Source: an uncultured Pseudomonadales bacterium (lineage in GTDB: Bacteria; Patescibacteriota; Microgenomatia; UBA1400; PJMF01). Taken from it: a DNA stretch of 64,000 nt. Made by a program: the position numbers and the translations under genes. Shown here piece by piece: positions 1-10,020 of the stretch. Location of the stretch: contig CAZZBW010000002.1 in assembly GCA_964653045.1 (NCBI GenBank), forward strand, positions 298-64,297. The letters are read 5' to 3'. The notes below the pieces were generated by a model. The model did not search any database. It worked only from the letters and a program-made list of their open reading frames with translations, and was not told where the DNA came from. Each line of letters opens with the position of its first letter. The stretch's first letter is position 1.

Positions 1-198
1 TTAATTAGATTTAATGGAGAAGTAGACGTCAATAAAATAATTGAGTCCGTGCGCCACTTTGACCCAAGTCTGGCACCTAAAACTGAACCGACAACTCAAG
101 TACCCCTCGCTCCTCAACCTAAGAAAAAAATGATTGAGACTACTACAACTTCACCAGCAGCCAAAAAATTGTGGGCAAAGTGGCACGGGAGTAATTAA
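1..198 (+). CDS. 3' end of a hypothetical protein (partial, runs off the window start)
   Basis: Frame 1 is open from base 1 (LIRFNGEVDVNK...LWAKWHGSN) to TAA at 196-198. Confidence 0.55.
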   Translation, partial: LIRFNGEVDVNKIIESVRHFDPSLAPKTEPTTQVPLAPQPKKKMIETTTTSPAAKKLWAKWHGSN

Positions 199-277
199 GC
201 CTAATCTTCCTAAAGTTTTCATATTGTACCGCATCAGATCCTGACAACCGGACTCACAGTTGCTATACTACCCAATT

Positions 278-1156
278 ATGATAATCAAAAAAGCCCTAAT
301 TGCCGCCGCTGGTTTTGGTACTCGCTTCCTGCCGATTACCAAAACCATTCAAAAAGAGATGTTGCCTGTTCTCAATCGGCCAACAGTTGATTACTTGGTC
401 GAAGATTTGGTTAAAGCCGGAGTGGAAGAAATCATTTTCGTCATTAATGAACACAATAAACAGTTATTACACTACTACAGTGAAAACCCCCGTTTATTTA
501 GCTACCTAAGTAAACATGGTAAAGAAGAGCTTTATACGCAAATGGTAAAAATCCATCAACAGGCTCGGTTCCATTTTATAAAACAATCGGACACCGATCC
601 ATACGGTACCGCGACACCTCTAAAATTAGCTCAATCCCATTTAGCCAATGAACCTGCCTTTTTTGTATTTATGGGCGACGATTTCTTGTTCAACCCTAAA
701 GGACAATCTGAATCTGGCAAAATGCTTGAACTCTATCAAAAAAGCCAAGCTGATGGACTAATTACTTGCATCACGAAACCAAGAGCAGAGCTAGGTCTTT
801 ACGGCGTGGTTAAGCTCGGATCTCAAAATGGCTTTTCGTACTTGGACTCAATTGTCGAAAAGCCAAAGCCTGAAGAAGCACCGTCCAATCTCGTGAACAT
901 CAGCAAGTATATTCTCACTCCTGAAGTGTTCTCACTTATTGACGAACAAAAACCAGATGTAAAATCTGGTGAGCTGTATATTGTTGATACAGTGACACGT
1001 TGGGCACAATCCAAAAAAATAGTTGTTTATGAGCCCGCAGATCCTTACTTAGACTGTGGCAATGTCATGGGTTGGCTCGAAGCCAACCTCAGCGTAGCGC
1101 TAAATCACCCAACATATGCAGATTCAACCAAAATCTTAATCAAAGAATTACTCTAA
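278..1156 (+). CDS. galU: UTP-glucose-1-phosphate uridylyltransferase / sugar-phosphate nucleotidyltransferase
   Basis: KALIAAAGFGTRFLPITKTIQKEMLP, VEKP and YLDCG motifs; ATG 278 lies 8 nt after TGcTATACT. Confidence 0.85.
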   Translation: MIIKKALIAAAGFGTRFLPITKTIQKEMLPVLNRPTVDYLVEDLVKAGVEEIIFVINEHNKQLLHYYSENPRLFSYLSKHGKEELYTQMVKIHQQARFHFIKQSDTDPYGTATPLKLAQSHLANEPAFFVFMGDDFLFNPKGQSESGKMLELYQKSQADGLITCITKPRAELGLYGVVKLGSQNGFSYLDSIVEKPKPEEAPSNLVNISKYILTPEVFSLIDEQKPDVKSGELYIVDTVTRWAQSKKIVVYEPADPYLDCGNVMGWLEANLSVALNHPTYADSTKILIKELL

Positions 1157-1160
1157 GCAC

Positions 1161-2225
1161 TTAGTTGCGATATTCGTTGCGGTATACTTCAATACTGGTC
1201 ATGAGAATCACCATAATTAATGGACCGTAAATTAAGCCAATGAAACCAAAAGTCTGTAGACCAGCTAAAACTGCAATCAGCATTAAAGCAGGATGAAGAT
1301 TGGCATCTTTCGAAACCATCAACGGGCGCAATATATTGTCGACGCTGTTAACAACTAACATTTGCCAAATAAAGATTAACAAACCAATGATCCAATGTCC
1401 TGAGAGAATATAAATTATCGCGATTGGGACTGTTACCATACCTGTCCCCACAATTGGAAGAATCGAGAGCACCATCATCAAGAATGCCAAAAATACTGGC
1501 GTAGGCACTCCTAATATCGCCAGAAAAATTCCTCCCACTAGACCTTGAACAATACCAATTACAAAAGTGCCCTTGATGGTGTCCATCACCATTGCGTGAG
1601 AACGACGAAAATATTGCAAAGTGGCATCAGCACTTAAAGGGCTGATGCTAATCAGAAAGTTTTTCAGTTTTTGCAAGTTGGGCAGAATAAAAAAAACTAA
1701 GAAAATTACTAAAATAAAATTAATAAAAAATATCACCGAGCTGTTACCAACCACCCAAATAGAGTTAACTAAAATGTTTCGCAACGGAATAAGTAGGTCA
1801 TTTAAAGATTGGATGATTAATTGTTGATTAATTTGAATATCTAGCAACGGAATTTGGATATTAAATCCTTGGTTTTGCTCTATCCAACCTTGCCAGTCAG
1901 TTTGACCGTAGCTTGATTGAAGGAGCGAGATAGCTTCAACCACTTGATTGAGTAAGCTTCGGATAAAAACAACCATCGGCACAATTAAAACAAACAAACT
2001 AAATATTACAGTAATTGGAGTTGCAACCCATGCTGGCTTTGGAAAAAGTTTTTTTAGCGAGCAGTGAATCGGCCAAATAATCACCGAAAAAACAAAACTG
2101 CTAAATATCAGACCAACATAGTCTTTCACCATATATGCGGTGAGAATAATGACCAGCGCAAAAAAAATGAAGAATATTTGGGTGTGATATTTTGAATTTT
2201 TTTTGCGCAAAAAATTTGTCAACAT
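1161..2225 (-). CDS. AI-2E family (PerM/YdiK-like) transporter
   Basis: 354-aa multi-TM protein with DNILRP...LHP...G...FGFIGLIYGP signature. Confidence 0.9.
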   Translation of the reverse strand: MLTNFLRKKNSKYHTQIFFIFFALVIILTAYMVKDYVGLIFSSFVFSVIIWPIHCSLKKLFPKPAWVATPITVIFSLFVLIVPMVVFIRSLLNQVVEAISLLQSSYGQTDWQGWIEQNQGFNIQIPLLDIQINQQLIIQSLNDLLIPLRNILVNSIWVVGNSSVIFFINFILVIFLVFFILPNLQKLKNFLISISPLSADATLQYFRRSHAMVMDTIKGTFVIGIVQGLVGGIFLAILGVPTPVFLAFLMMVLSILPIVGTGMVTVPIAIIYILSGHWIIGLLIFIWQMLVVNSVDNILRPLMVSKDANLHPALMLIAVLAGLQTFGFIGLIYGPLIMVILMTSIEVYRNEYRN

Positions 2226-2293
2226 ATATATTTTAGTATAAACTATCTGCTACTCTTGACACAAGAGGTGAAGTTGAGGCACAATAGGAGGCA

Positions 2294-3172
2294 ATGTCCA
2301 TCTGCAATTTAGATTACATCAATCGCCTCGAGCAAATTGAACCCACTGCTTCTCCAACCACGCTCAATTCTCCAAACAAAACGCGCTTGGTCGTTCCAAC
2401 ACTTATTTTACTAAGCATGCTTACTTTTGGTGGTGTTAAACTTTTTAATAACTTTCAATCACAAAATCACCAACAGTTAATTGCGCCCATTTCCCAAGAT
2501 AATGTAATTAATCAAAACCTAGCCGCAAACGATAATAATTCTCAAAACGAAACAAGTATGCTTGGCCAGTTAGTCGAAGACGACTCACCACTCACTGCCA
2601 GAGTCGCCGGAGTGAGCACAGAAAATGCTCGCCAAGAAGACCAAACCGGTGAGTTTGGACTTCTTGAAGAAAAAATACAGTGTCAAAAACAGCTAATTTT
2701 TAGTTTGGGAGATATTGAGAGTGAGACGAGCGCCCACCCCGCTGACGAGTTCAACTGGGTGGGCGCTCTAGATGTGTTACCTGAGTATCCCACGCCCTTC
2801 ATCGTTAGTGAAAATCAAGCTGATGAATTTCCCTGGAGAACCCTGCTCCCCAATGCAGAACCAATCGTCATCAACTTTGAGTGGCCCAGTGCTACCACTG
2901 CCCCACTAGAAATGACTGTTGGTTGGAGGACCGGTACACAAGGAACGAAAGCGATCTCTGTCATGCTCAACAACCAAGCCTCCAACCCCTCTCCTGCTTA
3001 CGAGACAAAGCTTGAGCACAGTAACTGGCAGCAAATGCAGCTGGTTGAAAGCTCCTTTGCTCTAGATGGTCTGGCACTTGGTCAAAATCAGCTCACTGTC
3101 AAACCCATCATCAATTCTGGAGATCCGATTGTCTGGGATTATCTAAGGTTGGAGTTATTAAACTGCCCCTAA
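2294..3172 (+). CDS. Membrane-anchored hypothetical protein with a C-terminal beta-sandwich (CBM-like) domain
   Basis: One N-terminal TM segment; C-terminal GQNQLTV...WDYLRLEL resembles galactose-binding-like domains; AGGAGG RBS upstream. Confidence 0.6.
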   Translation: MSICNLDYINRLEQIEPTASPTTLNSPNKTRLVVPTLILLSMLTFGGVKLFNNFQSQNHQQLIAPISQDNVINQNLAANDNNSQNETSMLGQLVEDDSPLTARVAGVSTENARQEDQTGEFGLLEEKIQCQKQLIFSLGDIESETSAHPADEFNWVGALDVLPEYPTPFIVSENQADEFPWRTLLPNAEPIVINFEWPSATTAPLEMTVGWRTGTQGTKAISVMLNNQASNPSPAYETKLEHSNWQQMQLVESSFALDGLALGQNQLTVKPIINSGDPIVWDYLRLELLNCP

Positions 3173-3200
3173 TTTGGTCATGCTGATATAATATAGGCTT

Positions 3201-3923
3201 ATGATGCAGCTCGAGAGTCTCTCCCTGTTTTTTCCAGCATTCAACGAAGAGCAAAATATTCAAGCGCAGCTGAACCACGCCCTTGAAGTAGTACCCTCAA
3301 TTGCTAAGCAATACGAAATGATCGTGATTGACGATGGCTCTACAGATCAAACAGAATCGATTGTACAAAAGATGATGGTTAGTCATCCTCAAATTAAGCT
3401 TATTTCCCATCCCAAAAATCGAGGTTATGGCGCTGCCTTGAAGTCGGGATTCAAGGCAGCGCAGTACTCACGGATTTTCTTCACTGATGCTGACCTGCAA
3501 TTTGATTTGAAAGAACTGAGCGAGTTCATTCCCTTCACCGCTCAGTATCAAGCCATTCTTGGTTATCGTCGTACCCGAGCCGAGGGTAAAGGCCGAGCCT
3601 TTAACGCCAAGTTGTTCAAAGTATTTATTGACTTGCTCTTCCGCGTCCACGTCAAAGACATCGACTGTGCCTTCAAATTATTTGACGCTCGATTGATTCA
3701 CTCAATCGAGCTGGAATCAAATGGTGCTTTTATCTCGGCCGAACTGCTTTACAAGCTGAAAAAACAAGGTACGAACTTCAAACAAATCCCCGTCACTCAT
3801 CATCCACGCTTGCGCGGCAACCCCACGGGTGCCAATATCAAAGTAATCATTAAAGCTGGTCTAGAAGCCATCAAGCTTTATCTGAAGATAAAGCTCCACC
3901 GTCTCCAAGCCCATCAATGGTAA
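3201..3923 (+). CDS. Glycosyltransferase family 2 (DPM1-like)
   Basis: FPAFNEE, DDGSTD, GYGAALKSG, TDADLQ and DIDCAFKL motifs. Confidence 0.92.
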   Translation: MMQLESLSLFFPAFNEEQNIQAQLNHALEVVPSIAKQYEMIVIDDGSTDQTESIVQKMMVSHPQIKLISHPKNRGYGAALKSGFKAAQYSRIFFTDADLQFDLKELSEFIPFTAQYQAILGYRRTRAEGKGRAFNAKLFKVFIDLLFRVHVKDIDCAFKLFDARLIHSIELESNGAFISAELLYKLKKQGTNFKQIPVTHHPRLRGNPTGANIKVIIKAGLEAIKLYLKIKLHRLQAHQW

Positions 3924-3934
3924 AATATTCTTAC

Positions 3935-3996
3935 GGAAGCGTCGCACCTGCCCGCAATGCATACGCATAGCGTTGCAGGCGGGTAGCGGTCAATTG
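3935..3996 (+). repeat. Copy of tRNA-Ser nt 1-25 interrupted by a 37-bp palindromic element (3947-3983)
   Basis: GGAAGCGTCGCA + CCTGCCCGCAATGCATACGCATAGCGTTGCAGGCGGG + TAGCGGTCAATTG; the flanks match the tRNA at 4056. Confidence 0.9.
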
Positions 3997-4055
3997 AAAA
4001 ACACTACAACTGACAACCATACTGAAATTAGACTAGAATTAACAAGTAGAAAAAA

Positions 4056-4143
4056 GGAAGCGTCGCATAGCGGTCAATTGCACCGGTCTTGAAAACCGGA
4101 ACCCGCAAGGGTTTCGTGGGTTCGAATCCCACCGCTTCCGCCA
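4056..4143 (+). tRNA. tRNA-Ser (TGA)
   Basis: Cloverleaf with long variable arm, CCGGT-CTTGAAA-ACCGG anticodon arm, GGTTCGAATCC T arm, encoded CCA. Confidence 0.96.
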
Positions 4144-4160
4144 GGAAAGGTGGGATGAGA

Positions 4161-4240
4161 CCCGCCTGCAACGCTATGCGTATGCATTGCGGGCAGGAGT
4201 TTACTCTGAATTAGATTCAGGGAATCCCACCACTTCCGCC
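4161..4240. repeat. Inverted copy of the 37-bp element (4161-4197) followed by a near-copy of the tRNA-Ser 3' end
   Basis: 4161-4197 is the exact reverse complement of 3947-3983; GAATCCCACCACTTCCGCC (4222-4240) differs from the tRNA 3' end by one base. Confidence 0.88.
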
Positions 4241-4288
4241 GCAACAATCGTTACCACTACCGTTTCAAAAAAATTAAATACAATTGAT

Positions 4289-5104
4289 ATGACGCATAAC
4301 AAGATCAGCTTGAATCCCTCCAAAACTCTGATTATAACTTGTTTGCTCATCATATTGTTTTCTTGGTCAATATTTATATTGATCCAAAATCTACAGCTGC
4401 AGAAACAAATTGAGCAACAGAATTCCTTGATCAGAACTCAAGCTCACGTAATTCAACAAAAAAATAATCAAACATCTCCAGAAGAAGTGATAAAACAAAA
4501 AGAAATAAATTTTTTCGTCAATGAAGTTCTTCCCAATTACCCAAATCTAATCGATACTGCCAAAGAGCAAATATTAGATGTTTTTGTTTTTTCTACTCAA
4601 AATAAAACGAGCGGTCGGCTAGTAGAAGCAGGAAATCCTGAAAACAAGTCTTATTACTTAATTTCAGATCAAGTACAAACTAGACTAAGAGACGTAATGA
4701 TTTCAAACTTGGGGGAAAACACTGTTTGTTCAAACTCCAAATTCATGACATTCGGCAATGATGCTGGTTTAGTGAGAAATTTAAAAGACGATAATGGCTA
4801 CATCATCATTGCCGGAGAGCATTGTCAAACATACAGCGGAGAAAATTCCATTGCGGTATATTCCTTGAGCACTGGGAATAAAATTAACTTAACAGGCAGA
4901 TTCACTGTTCCTGGGACTCGTTGGAGTGGCACAACTAATAATGGTACAGCTACCGGCATGCTTGTAGGTGTGTATGGAGATTTTGATCCAATTTTAGTTG
5001 TTAGTTATGGATCTCAATCAGGGGCGATGGACAGTGACATCAATCTCCTTGCATTTTTTGATTTGCAAACTGGCAAGCTCATGAGCACGCAAAAATTTGA
5101 TTAA
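4289..5104 (+). CDS. Hypothetical membrane-anchored protein
   Basis: N-terminal TM segment plus coiled coil; ATG 4289 preferred because the longer ORF runs through repeat DNA. Confidence 0.7.
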   Translation: MTHNKISLNPSKTLIITCLLIILFSWSIFILIQNLQLQKQIEQQNSLIRTQAHVIQQKNNQTSPEEVIKQKEINFFVNEVLPNYPNLIDTAKEQILDVFVFSTQNKTSGRLVEAGNPENKSYYLISDQVQTRLRDVMISNLGENTVCSNSKFMTFGNDAGLVRNLKDDNGYIIIAGEHCQTYSGENSIAVYSLSTGNKINLTGRFTVPGTRWSGTTNNGTATGMLVGVYGDFDPILVVSYGSQSGAMDSDINLLAFFDLQTGKLMSTQKFD

Positions 5105-5275
5105 GATGGCTTTACAGAAACACCGATGCTTGAAGAAGGTTTTTATCCATTGGGCAAATCTTATCAAGATGGCTTCGCGATTAAAGAAAACTGATTGCAC
5201 ATTGTTTCCAATTGACTACAATCCTATTCATCATCTAAGATATCAGGACGCATATGTGAAGTTTCTAGGATATCT

Positions 5276-6493
5276 ATGAAAATTTTAAGTAGTATCTTCA
5301 TGGCTCTGGGTTTTATCTTTTTTACCTCCACAATTCAGGTTGCACAAGCTCAAGTAACGACTCAAGACGTGTATTTTTTCTGGGGAGACGGTTGCCCGCA
5401 CTGCATGAAGCTCAAACCACTGATGGAAGAGTGGAAAAACACATACCCACAATTACGGTTTGGCAGCTACGAAGTTTACAACAATCCTGAGAACCGCGAG
5501 ACCATGACCGAGATGGCGGAAAAACTGAACGTTAAAAACTTGGGAGTGCCGCTAACAATTGTGGGAGATCAAGCATTTGTCGGTTTTTTGAACGAGGAAA
5601 CAACTGGCAGAGAGATTGAGACCGCTATTCAACAGCTCGTTCAAAAAACCGACACCGCAGACACAGCGGAAATAATCACATCTCCCACTCCCTCTCCCTC
5701 ACCAACGCCGACCGTTGCGTTAACTCAAATTGAACAGATTCAAGATTCAAGTATCAAGTTACCCATATTTGGCCGAATCGATCCTAACTTAATCTCCATC
5801 CCCTTGGTGACAGTTATGATTGCTGCCCTGGATGGCTTCAATCCTTGCGCCATGTGGGCATTGGTTTTCTTGATTAGCTTGCTACTCGGATTAAAAGATA
5901 GAAAAAGAATGTGGATTTTGGGTGCCACCTTCATCGTCACTTCCGGACTGGTATACTTTTTGTTTCTATCTGCCTGGCTTAATTTGTTTTTGTTTGTAGG
6001 TATGATTTTCTGGGTCAGATTGGGAATTGGTCTGTTAGCGCTGGGGGCTGGCGGATACTATCTCAAAACCGCCCTAGAAAAGAAAGACACCGAGTGCAAA
6101 GTTACCGCCAGCCCCCAGCGTCGACAAGTTTTTGAAAGACTGAAAGATTTGACTCAACAAAAACAATTTATTATCGCTTTCTTAGGCATTATTGCTTTAG
6201 CAATCGCTGTTAACTTAGTGGAGCTATTTTGTTCTGCTGGTCTGCCCGCTGTTTACACCCAAATTCTGACCTTAAATCAATTGCCCACCTGGCAATATTA
6301 TAGCTATCTAGTTCTCTATATTTTGATTTTCATGCTCGACGACCTTATTGTTTTTTTTACCGCAATGTTCACTCTCAAAATCACTGGATTGGAAGGTAAA
6401 TACGCTCGTTACTCTCACATCATCGGCGGAGTGTTGATGCTGATTATTGGTTTATTAATGCTGTTTAAACCGGAGTGGTTAAGTTTCAGTTAA
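5276..6493 (+). CDS. Thioredoxin/glutaredoxin domain fused to a CcdA/DsbD-like membrane domain
   Basis: Signal peptide, CPHC, GVP cis-Pro loop, PT-rich linker, TM domain with DGFNPCAMW and ELFCSAG cysteines. Confidence 0.85.
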   Translation: MKILSSIFMALGFIFFTSTIQVAQAQVTTQDVYFFWGDGCPHCMKLKPLMEEWKNTYPQLRFGSYEVYNNPENRETMTEMAEKLNVKNLGVPLTIVGDQAFVGFLNEETTGREIETAIQQLVQKTDTADTAEIITSPTPSPSPTPTVALTQIEQIQDSSIKLPIFGRIDPNLISIPLVTVMIAALDGFNPCAMWALVFLISLLLGLKDRKRMWILGATFIVTSGLVYFLFLSAWLNLFLFVGMIFWVRLGIGLLALGAGGYYLKTALEKKDTECKVTASPQRRQVFERLKDLTQQKQFIIAFLGIIALAIAVNLVELFCSAGLPAVYTQILTLNQLPTWQYYSYLVLYILIFMLDDLIVFFTAMFTLKITGLEGKYARYSHIIGGVLMLIIGLLMLFKPEWLSFS

Positions 6494-6501
6494 TCGAAGA
6501 A

Positions 6502-7521
6502 TTAGATAAAATTTGGTGAAACTTGATTCACATTGATCACTCCAGCCAAAATCATTGCCAAGCGGTCGATACCTAGGCCAACGCCGGCCAAATTATTTTT
6601 GGCGTTGATTTTAACCGCTTGGAGAAAGTCGGTATCGCAATGAAAATTTTGGCCACCCATCTGAAGTTGCGCTAGTTGTTGAACGAAAACTTGTTCGAGT
6701 TTTTTTTCGTCAGTTTCTTCAACACAACCATTGGCAATTTCCAAGCCAGATATGTACAACTCGAAACGCTGGGCAAAAAGAGGTCGGTCCTGCTGTGTTT
6801 TCGCCATCGGCGAAAGCACAGCAGGAAAATCAGTCAGAAAAAACGGTTCTTTCGGCAAGTGTGGTTCAACTTCATTGAGAAGCACCTGATTAAAAACTGG
6901 CTCAAACTCTTTCTGGTCAATATGATACTTATTTCGCTCTGCAAACTGGAAAAGTAACTGATGATCCTCTAGTATCTCGGCTAAGTTTAGCTGACAATGT
7001 TGAGCAAACAACTCAATTAGCGACAGTTGTAACCACGGTTGTTCGAGTGCATAATTAGTATTCTGGTACACGAACTCATTACTTGCTGGACTTTTCTCAA
7101 TCGTTTTTAATGCCTGGTGACAAAAGATGAACAATCCTTGTGTTTCCTTCATCAGAAACTCCAATGACTGGTGAAATCGGTACCATTCTAACATCAGAAA
7201 CTCTGGCTGATGCTGGTCGCCACTCGCCTCAAGATTGCGAAAACTGTGACCTATGGCATAACTTTCTCCTAAACCTTGAGCAATCAGTTTTTTAAAGTTT
7301 TGCTCGGGAGAAGTGGCTAAAAACAGTTGTTGTTTGATGTCGTTTTGTTGCCAAGTGGTGTGAAACACACCAATGTTGGGCTCGAGCATCGGTGCTCGAG
7401 CCAAAATCGGTACTTGCGCCTCAATCAAACCCCGATTGTCAAAAAACTCTCGTACTGCCCGCGCAACTATTTGTCTGGTGATAAATCCCCGCCAGTGGGA
7501 ATCGTCTAAATTTTTTTTCAT
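6502..7521 (-). CDS. epmA: EF-P lysine aminoacylase (GenX/PoxA, LysRS catalytic-domain paralogue)
   Basis: LATSPE, FRNLE...HQPEFLMLEWYR, RFELYISGLEIANG and GVGLGIDRL motifs; no anticodon-binding domain. Confidence 0.85.
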   Translation of the reverse strand: MKKNLDDSHWRGFITRQIVARAVREFFDNRGLIEAQVPILARAPMLEPNIGVFHTTWQQNDIKQQLFLATSPEQNFKKLIAQGLGESYAIGHSFRNLEASGDQHQPEFLMLEWYRFHQSLEFLMKETQGLFIFCHQALKTIEKSPASNEFVYQNTNYALEQPWLQLSLIELFAQHCQLNLAEILEDHQLLFQFAERNKYHIDQKEFEPVFNQVLLNEVEPHLPKEPFFLTDFPAVLSPMAKTQQDRPLFAQRFELYISGLEIANGCVEETDEKKLEQVFVQQLAQLQMGGQNFHCDTDFLQAVKINAKNNLAGVGLGIDRLAMILAGVINVNQVSPNFI

Positions 7522-7565
7522 GCTTTATTTTTGCAAAAAAAAACCTAGAATACTACCACCAATCA

Positions 7566-9998
7566 ATGCCAACAAAAGAACCAATTGAACCTTTGCCTCT
7601 AACGGGCAAAACCATTTTAATTGTAAATACCGGCACTCTCAAAAAAAAATTTATCCTCCAACGGATTCGTAAAATTCCTGGTCTTAAAGTTGTTGTTCTC
7701 AATTCGGTCAAAAACTGGGCGGATAAGTATGTTGATGAGTGGATCATTGCTGATACTACCAAACACTCTGAAGCGATGCGCGCAGTTGATGAATACTTGG
7801 CTAATCGCAAAATCGACGGTGTCTTAACCTTCTGGGAAGACGATGTGCTACTTACCGCCAAAATTGCCGAGAAACACAGATTAATCGGCATTCCTCACAC
7901 CGTAGCTCAAAGAACCCGAAACAAACTGCTCTTCCGCCAATTTTGCCAAGAAAATCATTTGCCCTTCCCCAAGTTTGGTCGAGCCAATGACCAGACTGAG
8001 TTGACAAAATTAATGAAAACTTTGAAGTTCCCTGTCGTGATCAAGCCGGCTTTCGGTTCCAGTAGCGCTTTTGTCATCAAGGCAGAGAATCAGACTGAGC
8101 TCGATGAAGTCTACCAATACGTCAAGCAAAATATCTCGGCTAGAGTTGAATCAGCGCTTAAAGACGGTTCTGACATCGTAGTTGAAGAATATATCGAGGG
8201 TAACGAGGTCGATATCGATATTTTAGTCCAAAATGGCAAGATCAAATACTCTTCAGTCAGTGATAATTTACAAACCAAAGAACCGTTCTTCCTCGAATCG
8301 GGATACAATCTGCCCTCCTCCTTGCCTCAAGATGATCTAAAGCAGCTACAACATCTATCCGAGCTAGTTCTGGAAAAATTGGGCGTGATGCACGGCTGTA
8401 TTCACTTCGAAGCCAAATCAACCGAAAAGGGTCCAGTGCCATTGGAAGCTAATTTGCGCCTGGGAGGAGATGAAATATATCCAGCCAATAAAAAAGTTTG
8501 GGGAGTAGATTTGATTGAAGAAGCGATCAAAATTGCCTGTGGTATTTACATCCCAATCATTGAGAAAAAAGAGCCACTCACATACGTAGCTGCTCAATCA
8601 ATCATGGCAGAAAAATCCGGTGTCATCTCCAAGCTTTACGTACCCAAAAAATTTGACCATGATTTGGGCGTGGCCGAGTTTCATTTTGATAAAGAGGTGG
8701 GCGATCTGGTTTTCACCCCGCCCAATAACTTTGATTTTCTCGGTTGGACAATGGTGACTGGCGATAACCCAATCGAGGCCGATGAAAATCTTGAAGAAGT
8801 CCTCAAACTAATCTCTTACGAGATCACTCCTTTCTCTCCACTCTCGTCTCTAGGCAAAACCCAACGTAAATCAAGATTTTCATCGGCCGCCTTGAATCAC
8901 ACCTTACTCGAAGGTAGAGCCAGAATTGAAAAGGTTCGCCTCACCGAACGAAAAAATCAACGCAAACTCAAAATTGGCATTGGTTGCAACTCATTCAATG
9001 CTGATGATGGAGCAGTAGAAGCTGAACTTACCAGTGTGGGCAAAACTATTGAAGACACGCTTCAGGAGCGCGGTTACCAAACGGTCTTTATTGACTTTAA
9101 TGATATAGATAATGCCACTACTCAACTCAAACAAGGTCAAGTTGATCTGGTGTTTAATGTGGGCGAAAGATTAAATAATTCCAGCCTACTTGAGCCCCAC
9201 ATCGCTTCCCTGTTCGATATGTATCAAGTCCCCTACACCGGTTCAAATCCATTTACCCTAGGCTTGTGCATTGATAAAATTCGCGTCAAAAAACTCCTCA
9301 CTTACCACAACATTCCTACCCCTAGATGGGATTATATGTACGATCTGTCAGACGAGCTACGCGATGACTTGCGTTACCCACTGATTGTCAAACCCGCCAA
9401 CACGGATAACTCGATTGGCATTACCAATGACTCCGTAGTCACCAATGAAAAACAACTGAAGAATCAACTGGAGTATGTCCTCACCCAGTTGCAACGACCG
9501 GCTTTGATCGAAGAGTACCTGGAGGGCGATGAGTACGACGTGTCAATTATGGGCAGTGAAGACGATGATCTGCGGGTCCTACCTCTGGCACGAACAATTT
9601 TTGATCAACTCCCTGAGGGATATTGGCATATCTGCCCATTTGATTACAAGTTTGCGGACGCGAGTTTATACAAAAAGTACGTTACCACTCAAATTCCACC
9701 TAAAAATGTCAATCACAAGTTGCTCAGACTAATCTCTGAGATCGCGCTTGATACGTATAATATCTTGGACTGTCATGATTACGGACGGGTTGAGATTAAA
9801 CTGGATAAAGACGACAATCCCTATATTCTCGAGCTTAATCCCAACCCATCTATCAATCGCGGCAACCGGGTACCCACGGTTGCCGAGCTCGTCGGCATGA
9901 ACTACGGTGATTTTATCGAAGAAATTATTGCTTTAGCCATCAAGCGCTACAAAAACAAACCACCGTTTTATCACCTACAACCCAACATTGGCTATTAA
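7566..9998 (+). CDS. Double ATP-grasp protein: L-amino-acid-ligase-like domain fused to a D-Ala-D-Ala-ligase-like domain
   Basis: N half: FPVVIKPAFGSSS, EEYIEG, HFE, EANLRLGG. C half: PYTGS, DKIRVK, PLIVKP...SIGI, DYGRVE, LELNPNP. Confidence 0.85.
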   Translation: MPTKEPIEPLPLTGKTILIVNTGTLKKKFILQRIRKIPGLKVVVLNSVKNWADKYVDEWIIADTTKHSEAMRAVDEYLANRKIDGVLTFWEDDVLLTAKIAEKHRLIGIPHTVAQRTRNKLLFRQFCQENHLPFPKFGRANDQTELTKLMKTLKFPVVIKPAFGSSSAFVIKAENQTELDEVYQYVKQNISARVESALKDGSDIVVEEYIEGNEVDIDILVQNGKIKYSSVSDNLQTKEPFFLESGYNLPSSLPQDDLKQLQHLSELVLEKLGVMHGCIHFEAKSTEKGPVPLEANLRLGGDEIYPANKKVWGVDLIEEAIKIACGIYIPIIEKKEPLTYVAAQSIMAEKSGVISKLYVPKKFDHDLGVAEFHFDKEVGDLVFTPPNNFDFLGWTMVTGDNPIEADENLEEVLKLISYEITPFSPLSSLGKTQRKSRFSSAALNHTLLEGRARIEKVRLTERKNQRKLKIGIGCNSFNADDGAVEAELTSVGKTIEDTLQERGYQTVFIDFNDIDNATTQLKQGQVDLVFNVGERLNNSSLLEPHIASLFDMYQVPYTGSNPFTLGLCIDKIRVKKLLTYHNIPTPRWDYMYDLSDELRDDLRYPLIVKPANTDNSIGITNDSVVTNEKQLKNQLEYVLTQLQRPALIEEYLEGDEYDVSIMGSEDDDLRVLPLARTIFDQLPEGYWHICPFDYKFADASLYKKYVTTQIPPKNVNHKLLRLISEIALDTYNILDCHDYGRVEIKLDKDDNPYILELNPNPSINRGNRVPTVAELVGMNYGDFIEEIIALAIKRYKNKPPFYHLQPNIGY

Positions 9999-10020
9999 TT
10001 TGCTTTTTGGCAGGTAATTC

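Noticed and set aside
4187-4288. N-terminal extension of ORF 4187-5104
   Set aside because: It translates the palindrome and tRNA-fragment DNA; ATG 4289 just before the TM segment is more plausible
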